From IMG/VR virus record IMGVR_UViG_3300044932_000025, positions 1 through 32,224 of that record: 32,224 nucleotides of DNA. One strand, given 5' to 3'. This document shows, in pieces, positions 24,278 to 32,224 of the stretch. The notes beneath the pieces were generated by a model. The model was given only the letters and a program-made list of their open reading frames with translations, was not told the origin of the DNA and ran no database searches. The stretch comes from a virus (lineage: Duplodnaviria > Caudoviricetes). A program made the position numbers and the translations under genes. How positions within the stretch are numbered: the first letter of the stretch is position 1; every line of letters starts with the position of its first letter.

Positions 24278-26242
24278 ATGACAATCAAAGCTTTTGCCGT
24301 CTTCGACGTTAAGTCGTTCGACGAGGAACAAGGCGTGCTGCGCGGCATTGCGAGCACGCCATCAACGGATCGAGTCGAAGATATCGTCGATCCCAAAGGA
24401 GCTGTTTTCAAACTGCCGCTCCCGTTGTTGTGGCAGCATAGCCATAACGACCCTATCGGTCATGTTACTGAAGCGTCCGTAACCGACGAAGGCATTGAAG
24501 TCGTCGCTACGGTTGCGAAGGGCGTCACGCCTGAAATTGACAGAGCATGGACGCTGATCAAGGCCGGCCTTGTGCGCGGTTTTTCTATTGGTTTCCGAGG
24601 CCTAGAGGTCGAAGAAATCCCAAGATCGTGGGGCGTTCGTTACAAAAAATGGGAATGGCTGGAACTATCAGCCGTGACCATCCCGGCTAATGCCGATGCG
24701 ACGATTACGAACGTCAAACACTTTGCCACTGCGCAGCACGCCGCGACAGGCACCAAGGCTGTGAAGGAAAAGAGCGCCGGCGACACGGCGAAATCTCACA
24801 AACCAGTTCTACTCAACCAAAAATCAAAGGGTGATATTTTGAATATTGCTGAACAGATCGCCGCGCTCGAGGCTTCGCGCACGGCAAAGGCCGCTTCTAT
24901 GCAGGCAATTCTCGAAAAGGCTACTGCTGAAGGCCGCACCACCGACGCTTCTGAGCAGGAAGACTTTGACACGATCAGTGCTGAAATCGACTCGATCGAT
25001 GCTGATCTCAAGCGCTTCCGAGCATTGGAAAAAGCACAGGTAGGCGGAGCCAAACCAGTTAACGCCAATGGTATCAAGTCTCTATCCGATGCTGCTGCTG
25101 CACGCTCTGGCGTTCAGGTGAAGGCACCGAAACTAGAGGCTGGTATCGGCTTTGCGCGTTTGGCCAAGGTGAAGGGTCTTTCAAAGATCACTGGTGAAAG
25201 TCCGCGTGATCTGGCCAAGAGCCTCTACGGCGAGGAATCCGCCGTCTATGGCATCATCGTCAAAGCAGCTGTTTCTGCGGGTAGTACTCAGGACGGCAAC
25301 TGGGCGGCCAACCTTGTTGGCGACGAGACGTCGGTGTTTGCCGATTTCGTAGAGTTCCTGCGCCCTCAGACGATCCTTGGTAAATTCGGCACTGGTACAA
25401 TCCCGTCGTTGCGCCGCGTTCCTTTCCGCACCCCGCTGATCGGCCAGACGTCTGGTGGCGATGGCTATTGGGTAGGTGAAGGTAAAGCCAAGCCGCTCAC
25501 CAACTTTGGCTATGAGCGCAACACGCTGGAGCCGACGAAGGTCGCAAACATTGCGGTTGTTACCGAAGAACTTCTCCGCAGCAGCTCACCTTCTGCTGAA
25601 ATCCTCATTCGAGACTCGCTAGCCGCAGCGCTCCGCGCTCGTCTGGATACCGATTTCATCAACCCCGCAAAGGCAGCAGTTGTAGGCGTCTCGCCAGCTT
25701 CGATCACGAACGGCATTACACCAATCGTGTCGACGGGCACCGATGCGGATGCGGTTCGAAACGATCTTCGTTTGCTGTTTTCAGCGTTCATTGCGGCGAA
25801 CAATGCTCCGACGTCCGGCGTGTTCATCATGCGGTCGACTACCGCGCTCGCGCTGTCACTGATGACAAACGCTTTAGGCCAGTCTGAGTTTGCAGGCATC
25901 ACGATGAATGGCGGCACGCTGTCCGGCCTTCCTGCGATCGTCTCTGAGTTTGTGCCTGAAGGTTATGTCGTCCTGGCAAACGCTTCGGACATTTATCTCG
26001 CCGACGATGGTGAGGTTGCAGTCGATATGTCGAACCAGGCTTCGCTCGAAATGGCGAACAACCCGGAACATGATAGCACCACGCCAACGGGAGCAACTGG
26101 CCTTGTGTCACTCTGGCAGACCAACAGTGTCGCCTTCAGAGGTGAGCGGATCGTGAACTGGGCGCGTCGTCGCCCATCGGCGGTTGCGGTTCTTTCTGGT
26201 GTCGCTTGGGGCGTCCCAGCAGCTCCGGGCGGCGGCGAATAA
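24278..26242 (+). CDS. Prohead protease-major capsid protein fusion (HK97 fold)
   Basis: N-terminal LLWQH...GFSIGF...ELSAVTIPAN protease; coiled-coil delta domain; WVGEGKAKP...SLWQTNSVAFRGER capsid. Confidence 0.94.
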   Translation: MTIKAFAVFDVKSFDEEQGVLRGIASTPSTDRVEDIVDPKGAVFKLPLPLLWQHSHNDPIGHVTEASVTDEGIEVVATVAKGVTPEIDRAWTLIKAGLVRGFSIGFRGLEVEEIPRSWGVRYKKWEWLELSAVTIPANADATITNVKHFATAQHAATGTKAVKEKSAGDTAKSHKPVLLNQKSKGDILNIAEQIAALEASRTAKAASMQAILEKATAEGRTTDASEQEDFDTISAEIDSIDADLKRFRALEKAQVGGAKPVNANGIKSLSDAAAARSGVQVKAPKLEAGIGFARLAKVKGLSKITGESPRDLAKSLYGEESAVYGIIVKAAVSAGSTQDGNWAANLVGDETSVFADFVEFLRPQTILGKFGTGTIPSLRRVPFRTPLIGQTSGGDGYWVGEGKAKPLTNFGYERNTLEPTKVANIAVVTEELLRSSSPSAEILIRDSLAAALRARLDTDFINPAKAAVVGVSPASITNGITPIVSTGTDADAVRNDLRLLFSAFIAANNAPTSGVFIMRSTTALALSLMTNALGQSEFAGITMNGGTLSGLPAIVSEFVPEGYVVLANASDIYLADDGEVAVDMSNQASLEMANNPEHDSTTPTGATGLVSLWQTNSVAFRGERIVNWARRRPSAVAVLSGVAWGVPAAPGGGE

Positions 26243-26264
26243 TCGCTGACATATAACCAAAATT

Positions 26265-26292
26265 CCGGTCGCCTTCGGGCGGCCGGTTTTCT
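26265..26292 (+). terminator. Intrinsic terminator after the capsid gene
   Basis: CCGGTCGCC-TTCG-GGCGGCCGG-TTTT. Confidence 0.7.
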
Positions 26293-26307
26293 CTCGCGGA
26301 GGTAACT

Positions 26308-26514
26308 ATGAAGCTCACAGCGACCAAGTCTTTCACATATGGCACTCGCCGCTTGTTACCTGAAGCGGAATTCATCGCCACGCCGAGAGATGCCAAGATT
26401 TTAATAGGTATCGGTAAAGCGAAACTCGCAGTCGAACCTCAGAAAGTTGATAAGCCCAAGCGAACCCAGAAGCGTCGCACTGAGGAAGAGGATCAGCATG
26501 GCCTTTTGGAATAA
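26308..26514 (+). CDS. Small head-region hypothetical protein
   Basis: 68 aa; SD GGAGG. Confidence 0.7.
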   Translation: MKLTATKSFTYGTRRLLPEAEFIATPRDAKILIGIGKAKLAVEPQKVDKPKRTQKRRTEEEDQHGLLE

Positions 26515-27883
26515 TAAAAACGCATCTACCTCGGTCACCACCCCAGCGCCAGTAACTTCCGAAGCGAAGTCGCTTTCGACAGCTTCTCCCCGCCGAGGAT
26601 GGTTCACCATCTTTGAAAGTTTCGCCGGCGCATGGCAGCGAAATGTCGAAGTGAAGCCCGAACTGGCTTTGGCGTATCACGCGGTATTCTCATGCGTGAC
26701 CCTTATTTCTTCCGATATTGCAAAGTTGCGCGCGCGGATCGTCGAGGAGACGCCGGACGGTATCTGGGTTGAGAAAAAGCGGCACGCGCTTAAAAAGCTT
26801 CTGCGCAAACCTAACGATACCCAAACCGCTATTCAGTTTTGGGAAAATTACTTCATCTCGAAGCTGACAACAGGCAACACTTACGTCTTGAAGCGTCGCT
26901 CACCAGACGGCAAAATTTCCTCGTTGCACGTTCTCAACCCGATGCTCGTGCAAGTGCTTGTATCACCTCAAGGCGCCGTATTTTATCAACTGAATGTGGA
27001 TGACGTTTCTGGGCTCACATCCACGGTTACCGTTCCGGCATCAGAAATTATTCATGATCGGTTCAATTGCTTTTTTCATCCCCTGGTGGGGCTTTCACCG
27101 ATTTATGCTAGCGGCCTTGCTGCAAAGCAGGGTCTCACGATTCAGCAGCACTCGGATCGTTTCTTCGGCAACAACGCGCTGCCATCAGGCATCATCAGCG
27201 TGCCGGGCGCTATTGAGGAAGAAGATGCTGCGGCGATTAAGAAAAGCTGGGAAGATGGCTACTCTCGGGAAAACTCCGGCAAATTAGCTGTCTTGGCCGA
27301 TGGAATGGAGTTCAAAGCACTCGCCATTCCTGCTCAATCAGCTCAGTTGATCGAACAGTTGAGATGGACCGCTGAGGTTGTCTGTTCGACGTTTCACGTA
27401 CCGCCTTACAAGATCGGTATCGGAACGCTTCCAACCTACAACAACATTCAAGCACTGAACGTCGAATATTACAGTCAGTGTCTCCAAACGCTGATCGAGT
27501 CAGCAGAAGACTGCATGGACGATGGCTTGGGTCTAGGTGAAAGTGTCGGTGTCGAGTTCAATGTCGATATTCTGTTGCGCATGGACGGCATGACAATGGC
27601 GACCAGATTGAAAGAAGAGGTCGGCGCCGGGATACGTGCACCAAACGAAGCGCGCAAGGTGATGAACCTGCCGGCTGTTGAGGGTGGTGATACGCCTTAT
27701 CTCCAGCAGCAGAATTATAGCTTGTCAGCACTTAACAAGCGTGATGCGCGCGAAGATCCGTTCGCAACAGCAAGGCCTGAAAACAAGCCGGAAATATTGC
27801 CGCTTCCAGAAAGCGACGCAAACGCCAAAGCGATTGCAGCATTTGCAACGAAAGCCGCGGAGATATTCAAAGATGCAGCTTGA
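26498..27883 (+). CDS. Portal protein (HK97 family)
   Basis: AVFSCVTLISSDIAKL...LLRKPN...GNTY...GLSPI...FFGNNALPSG...PNEARKVMNLPAVEGGD. Confidence 0.95.
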   Translation: MAFWNNKNASTSVTTPAPVTSEAKSLSTASPRRGWFTIFESFAGAWQRNVEVKPELALAYHAVFSCVTLISSDIAKLRARIVEETPDGIWVEKKRHALKKLLRKPNDTQTAIQFWENYFISKLTTGNTYVLKRRSPDGKISSLHVLNPMLVQVLVSPQGAVFYQLNVDDVSGLTSTVTVPASEIIHDRFNCFFHPLVGLSPIYASGLAAKQGLTIQQHSDRFFGNNALPSGIISVPGAIEEEDAAAIKKSWEDGYSRENSGKLAVLADGMEFKALAIPAQSAQLIEQLRWTAEVVCSTFHVPPYKIGIGTLPTYNNIQALNVEYYSQCLQTLIESAEDCMDDGLGLGESVGVEFNVDILLRMDGMTMATRLKEEVGAGIRAPNEARKVMNLPAVEGGDTPYLQQQNYSLSALNKRDAREDPFATARPENKPEILPLPESDANAKAIAAFATKAAEIFKDAA

Positions 27884-28430
27884 TTTCGAAAAACTGGCAA
27901 CATCCATGATGCTGCCAGTCAAAGGTTACATCGATAAGATCCACGCGGCTTTCAGCGACAGTGTTGCAAAGCTCTCCGAACGTATCACCAAGCTCGAAGC
28001 GGTCGACGTGCAGCCTGGCCGTGATGGTTTGCCTGGGCGCGACGGTCAACCTGGAAAAGATGGTGCCCCCGGTGCAGATGGTCAGGATGGTTTGGGGTTT
28101 GATGATCTCGATGTGTCATTTGACGGCGAGCGCACATTTAAAATGCGTTTTGCTAACGGCGACAACGTAAAGGAATTCGAGTTCAAAGCGCCTTTCATGC
28201 TCTATCGCGGCGTTTATAAATCCGGAGAGAACTATGAACAAGGCGACACTGTCACTTGGGACGGTTCTTGCTGGGTAGCTCTCAAGGCGAACGCAGACAA
28301 GCCCGGTGACGGCGAAAACTGGCAGCTGGCTGTCAAACGTGGACGCAACGGCCGCACGCCATCAAACGATGATGCAAAATCGGTCGGGCCGGTGAGAATA
28401 GCGTTCAAGGGGGCAAACTCAGATGGTTAA
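27873..28430 (+). CDS. Collagen-repeat protein with C-terminal YRGVY...GDTVTWDGSCW module
   Basis: (Gly-X-Y)n GRDGLPGRDGQPGKDGAPGADGQDG; start ATG 27873. Confidence 0.8.
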   Translation: MQLDFEKLATSMMLPVKGYIDKIHAAFSDSVAKLSERITKLEAVDVQPGRDGLPGRDGQPGKDGAPGADGQDGLGFDDLDVSFDGERTFKMRFANGDNVKEFEFKAPFMLYRGVYKSGENYEQGDTVTWDGSCWVALKANADKPGDGENWQLAVKRGRNGRTPSNDDAKSVGPVRIAFKGANSDG

Positions 28431-28731
28431 GCTCGTAACTCTTGATGCGGTCAAAAGGCGCCAGCGCATCTTTCACGATGATGATGACACTGATCTTGGT
28501 GCTATGATTGAACAGGCATCAGACATCATTTTGAATTACATCAACAAGTCCGACCCTACATGGAATGATCAAACAGCGCCGCCTCTTATTCAGGCGGCGG
28601 TTTTGCTTCAGGTCGGCTTTATGTGGGCCAATCGTGGCGATGCTGACCCGCTCTATGCACCAGCAGACGGTTATCTCGATCGACGGATTACCTCGATCCT
28701 CCATCGATACCGAAAACCCGTTCTAGCGTGA
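28423..28731 (+). CDS. Head-tail connector (gp6-like)
   Basis: LVTLDAVK...DDDDTDL...PPLIQAAVLL...ILHRYR. Confidence 0.85.
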   Translation: MVKLVTLDAVKRRQRIFHDDDDTDLGAMIEQASDIILNYINKSDPTWNDQTAPPLIQAAVLLQVGFMWANRGDADPLYAPADGYLDRRITSILHRYRKPVLA

Positions 28732-28738
28732 GGTTATC

Positions 28739-28933
28739 ATGCCCTGGATCAAATTCAGCGGTGACTTCAATCATCGCGTAACTCCGGCTGTCACCGTCGC
28801 TTACAAGGCTGGTTGGTCTGGCCTTGTCACCACGCCGTGCGCTGCGGCCGCGATTGCGAGTGGCAAAGCATCTCGTTTGAAAACACCACGAAAAGGTGAG
28901 CTGCCGAATGTCGAAAACACCACGGACGCCTAA
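28739..28933 (+). CDS. Small phage hypothetical protein
   Basis: 64 aa; SD GAGG; lies within the neck operon. Confidence 0.65.
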   Translation: MPWIKFSGDFNHRVTPAVTVAYKAGWSGLVTTPCAAAAIASGKASRLKTPRKGELPNVENTTDA

Positions 28934-29264
28934 CGCGGCTATGAATGAACGCGTTGTTTTCCAACAGCGCGAAAATGTCAGAGATGAAGGTGGTGGCGTT
29001 CGCGGCGAATGGGTCGACAAGTTCGAAGAGCGTGCCCGGCTGCGTCCGCGTCTTGGATCTGAGACTGTCATTGCGGCACGGCTTGAAGGTATACAGCCCT
29101 ACACTCTGACAGTGCACTCAAATAGCCGAACGCGCCTTGTTACCCCGGCATGGCGCATTAGAAACGCGCGGAACGATCGCACCTACAATATCAAATCGAT
29201 CATGAACCCCGATGAAAGCAACGCCCACATCGAGGCCATGGTGACTGATGAAGGTGGTGGTTGA
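28908..29264 (+). CDS. Head closure / head-tail adaptor (SPP1 gp16-like)
   Basis: MNERVVFQQ...DEGGG..GEW...TYNIKSI. Confidence 0.85.
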   Translation: MSKTPRTPNAAMNERVVFQQRENVRDEGGGVRGEWVDKFEERARLRPRLGSETVIAARLEGIQPYTLTVHSNSRTRLVTPAWRIRNARNDRTYNIKSIMNPDESNAHIEAMVTDEGGG

Positions 29265-29758
29265 TCGTGCTTCGAGCGAAACTTTTAGGCCGCGTGGAAC
29301 TGACGAATAAAATCCGCAAGATCGCTCCCAAGGCGATCGAGAAAATGGATGAGGTCAAGTTTCAGGTTGCTGAAGAAGCAGCTGCAGCCATCAAAGCGCG
29401 CGCGCCACGTCTATCCGGTGATTACGCAGAAAGCATTCGCGCTGGCCTCCAGTCCGACAATCCCGACAAAATTGTCTTCGGCGCCAAGAAGTCGAAAGAT
29501 CCGACTGCAGTGGGTGTCTACGCGAATTTCATCTGGCGGTTTATCGAGTTCGGAACCAAGGCAAGCGGCGCTCAAGCGCGCCGTGCTGATCGGCGCTACA
29601 AATCTGGCAAGGTGATGACCAAGGGATCACAAGCCCACGGCGCGACACCAGCTCAGCCGCATGTCTTCCCCGTTTGGCGAGGTATGCGGAAAAAGGCAAT
29701 GAGCCGCATACGTAACGCCATGAACAAAGGCATTCGGGAGGCGCTAAAAAGTCGATGA
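29261..29758 (+). CDS. HK97 gp10-like tail component
   Basis: ARAPRLSG...WRFIEFGT...AQPHVFP. Confidence 0.85.
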   Translation: MIVLRAKLLGRVELTNKIRKIAPKAIEKMDEVKFQVAEEAAAAIKARAPRLSGDYAESIRAGLQSDNPDKIVFGAKKSKDPTAVGVYANFIWRFIEFGTKASGAQARRADRRYKSGKVMTKGSQAHGATPAQPHVFPVWRGMRKKAMSRIRNAMNKGIREALKSR

Positions 29759-30162
29759 GTTCAGCTTCTCTCGAACTGCAAGGTGCGATCGTTTCGCACC
29801 TGCTGGCAACACCAGCTTTAACAAGTCTTGTCGGTGAGAACATCTTCGACATGGCGCCGCCTGAAGCAATACCGCCTTACGTTGTGATGGGCGATTTTGA
29901 CGAACATCGGGCCGACGTCACCTGTGTAGGCTCCCGCGTAATTTATGCCACGCTTCATGCATGGTCGAACTACGGCGGTGGCTTTACCGAGGTGAAGAAA
30001 GTAGCAGAAGCGGTTGCAGACGCGTTGCATGACGCTCCTCTGCAGCTTCTGTCAAATCGTCTCATCAGCCTTCATCATCGACAAACACGGACATTTCGCG
30101 ATCTCGACGGCATTCACTCCCATGCCGTGATCGAGCTCACCGCTTACGTCGACAAGCTCTAG
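29755..30162 (+). CDS. Tail terminator (DUF3168-like)
   Basis: LELQGAIVSHL...IFDMAP...PYVVMG...TLHAWS. Confidence 0.85.
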   Translation: MSSASLELQGAIVSHLLATPALTSLVGENIFDMAPPEAIPPYVVMGDFDEHRADVTCVGSRVIYATLHAWSNYGGGFTEVKKVAEAVADALHDAPLQLLSNRLISLHHRQTRTFRDLDGIHSHAVIELTAYVDKL

Positions 30163-30187
30163 TCACCCCCAAAAATCAAATCCTCCC

Positions 30188-30213
30188 AGCCTGCCTTTTC
30201 GGCGGGCTTTTTT
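30188..30213 (+). terminator. Terminator-like hairpin upstream of the tail tube gene
   Basis: AGCCTGCC/GGCGGGCT plus T-run. Confidence 0.5.
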
Positions 30214-30234
30214 GTGTTCAAAGGAAATTTCCAT

Positions 30235-30666
30235 ATGGCTACTGGTCAGCAAATCGGCCGTCTTCTTCTCATTCAGATCGGCAACGGCGCTTCTCCGGAG
30301 GTTTTCAATAACCTCTGCGGCATCACCACGCGCTCTTTCAACATGTCGGCCAACAGCGTCGATACCACGATTCCTGATTGCAACAATCCGGAAGCAACGC
30401 CTCAGAAAACTGGCGTACCGGGTATCAAGCAGCGCACCTTTACCGGCTCCGGTAAGTTCGTCGCAGGCGCAGACAGCGCGACTTTTATCAATCATGTGAA
30501 TGAGGCGACCATCTTCAATGCCCGCGTGATCGTTCCGGGTCTCGGTTCTTACACTGGCCCCTGGTTTGTGACTGATTTCGAATTCAGCGGCGAGGTTGAA
30601 GGCATGATGGACTTTTCAGCTACATTCGAAGCGGCCGGCCCGCTTGAATTCGAAGCTGAGGTATAA
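30235..30666 (+). CDS. Major tail tube protein (GTA/TP901-like)
   Basis: GRLLLIQIGNG..PEVF..LCGITTRSF...VDTT; SD AAGGA before ATG 30235. Confidence 0.9.
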   Translation: MATGQQIGRLLLIQIGNGASPEVFNNLCGITTRSFNMSANSVDTTIPDCNNPEATPQKTGVPGIKQRTFTGSGKFVAGADSATFINHVNEATIFNARVIVPGLGSYTGPWFVTDFEFSGEVEGMMDFSATFEAAGPLEFEAEV

Positions 30667-30668
30667 GA

Positions 30669-31004
30669 ATGCAGTTCCCTGTTAACGGGGCTCGCGGCGA
30701 AGTCGGCGTCACCATTGGTGGCGTCGATATCGTGATTGCAGCAACCATGGGCGGTCTGGCAGCGGTTTCGACCGATCTCGGCTGCAAATCAATGCAGGAT
30801 CTCTTTGATCGCCTTTCCAATGTCGAAGTTGCAGCTGCAATGTCAGCGATCCGTCATTTGACAGTTCGCGGCGATGCTTCTGCTGCCCTAGCTGTTCTAA
30901 AATTCGGCCATTTTCCAGCGCTCTCAAAAGCCTTTGAAGCAGCACTTGCGCATCATTTCAAGGACGAGCAATCGGGAAACGGGGAAGCCGGGGCGACAGT
31001 GTAG
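30669..31004 (+). CDS. Tail assembly chaperone G (GTA gp10-like)
   Basis: VNGARGEV motif; between the tail tube and tape measure genes; slippery site near the 3' end. Confidence 0.85.
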   Translation: MQFPVNGARGEVGVTIGGVDIVIAATMGGLAAVSTDLGCKSMQDLFDRLSNVEVAAAMSAIRHLTVRGDASAALAVLKFGHFPALSKAFEAALAHHFKDEQSGNGEAGATV

Positions 31005-31204
31005 AGGCGGAGTTTCCCTGGCGAGAATGGCAACAGTCAGCCTTTGGCGTCCTGCGATGGACGCCTGATACTTTTTGGAATTCGTCACTGAGCGAATTTC
31101 TGTCTGCCTTGGAGGGCTTCGCTATAGCCCGCGGCGGCAAGAAACAGATCGATGCTCCAAGTCAGGATCAGCTCGACGATCTCATCAGCAAATACGGAAG
31201 TTAA
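30974..31204 (+). CDS. Tail assembly chaperone T segment, expressed by -1 frameshift (GT fusion)
   Basis: In-frame G GGA AAC at 30974-30980; -1 frame open to TAA 31202-31204: FPWREWQQSAFGVLRWTPDTFWNSSLSEF...LISKYGS; no ATG start. Confidence 0.85.
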   Translation, partial: GKRGSRGDSVEAEFPWREWQQSAFGVLRWTPDTFWNSSLSEFLSALEGFAIARGGKKQIDAPSQDQLDDLISKYGS

Positions 31205-31208
31205 TTTC

Positions 31209-31237
31209 AGGCCGCCTCGTGCGGCCTTTTTCTTTTT
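31209..31237 (+). terminator. Terminator-like hairpin before the tape measure gene
   Basis: AGGCCGC/GCGGCCT plus TTTTCTTTTT. Confidence 0.55.
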
Positions 31238-31248
31238 AGGAGGTCCGC

Positions 31249-32224
31249 GTGGCCGACGAGAGCAATAACGACGATATCATTCTTTCGATCTCCGCTGATG
31301 TGGCGTCTCTGCGTCGCGCGCAAAAACGCATTGAGGAGTCGATTAACGCCATCGGTAAGAGCTCAGACAAAACGCTGAACCAGATGGCCAAAACTGCCGA
31401 TCAGAATTTTCGACAGATTGAGGAAAGCGCAAAGCGTCTGCGCAGTCAGCTTGACGCCAGCTTTGACAAGCCTCTGGGGAGCGGCATAAACAAGGGACTG
31501 GCTGCTGTCGGCTCTGTCGTCGGCTTGAACGAGCTTCGTAAGCTCACAGATACATGGACTGATCTGACGTCTCGCGTGGATCTGGCTGCAGGCTCGACCC
31601 GTGAAGGCACGCAGGTCATGGAACGCCTCGGCCAAATGGCACGGCGAACATATTCCGATCTGACACAAACAGCCGAGAGCTATCTTTCCAATTCGACAGC
31701 ATTGCGCGACCTGGGTTATTCGACCAACCAATCACTCGATTACACTGAAGCGTTGAACAATGCGCTCGTCGTGTCTGGTGCGAAAGGTGAGCGCGCCGCG
31801 CGTGTGATTGATGCGCTGGCGAAGGCCATGGCTGTAGGCAAGCTGTCCGGCGATAATCTGAATACTGTCATCGAAGTCGGTGGCCGTGCAGCCGAAGCAC
31901 TTGCAGCTGGACTTGGCACAACGGTCAGCGGCCTGCGTGCGCTCGGATCTCAGGGCAAGATTACCGGCAACGATATCGTAAAGAGCCTGACGAGCCAGAT
32001 GGCGGTTCTGCGTAAAGAAGCCGAAGACATGCCAGCAACGATCGGCGACGGCTTTACGCTTCTGAATAATGCTCTGCTGCAATATGTCGGCAATGTGGAC
32101 AACGTGACGACGGCATCGTCGACCATGTCGCAAGCGCTGATCCTGATCGCTGACAACTTCGATAAGGTTGCCGACGCTGGTATGCAGGTGGCGGCGGTGT
32201 TTGCAGGCGCTATCATCGGCCGCT
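31249..32224 (+). CDS. Tape measure protein (5' part, runs off the window)
   Basis: AGGAGG SD then GTG; MADESNNDDIILSISADV...DTWTDLTSRV...NNALVVSGA...GKLSGDNLNTV...MPATIGDGFT, a tape-measure N-terminal domain; open to the window end. Confidence 0.92.
   Translation, partial: MADESNNDDIILSISADVASLRRAQKRIEESINAIGKSSDKTLNQMAKTADQNFRQIEESAKRLRSQLDASFDKPLGSGINKGLAAVGSVVGLNELRKLTDTWTDLTSRVDLAAGSTREGTQVMERLGQMARRTYSDLTQTAESYLSNSTALRDLGYSTNQSLDYTEALNNALVVSGAKGERAARVIDALAKAMAVGKLSGDNLNTVIEVGGRAAEALAAGLGTTVSGLRALGSQGKITGNDIVKSLTSQMAVLRKEAEDMPATIGDGFTLLNNALLQYVGNVDNVTTASSTMSQALILIADNFDKVADAGMQVAAVFAGAIIGR

Overview
Alphaproteobacterial (Hyphomicrobiales, probably Brucella/Ochrobactrum-like; inferred from protein style) chromosomal window. 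A host etfA gene, an IS481-family remnant and a 5'-truncated proline iminopeptidase-family gene are joined, through a perfect 50-bp TGT...ACA inverted-repeat element (1866-1915), to a decayed prophage remnant (about 1916-12920). The remnant holds two truncated paralogous tail-tip cassettes, a tail fibre, a broken lysis cassette, a KilA-N gene, morons and an excisionase-like gene. A 3' fragment of tRNA-Thr(CGT) at 12921-12966 marks an att junction. To its right begins an apparently intact siphovirus-type prophage that runs off the window: integrase, AlpA/Xis, Prim-Pol/DUF3987 with candidate ori, tRNA-Pro and tRNA-fMet, HNH, terminases, fused protease-capsid, portal, neck, tail tube, -1-frameshift tail chaperones and tape measure. 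The most unusual signal is at 7049-7975, with a sixth unit at 11928-12018. It is a set of roughly 80-90-nt two-hairpin, terminator-ended small-RNA-like cassettes with a shared scaffold but unrelated loops, interleaved with two 31-32-aa membrane-peptide genes. No database search was run; family names come from motif recognition.
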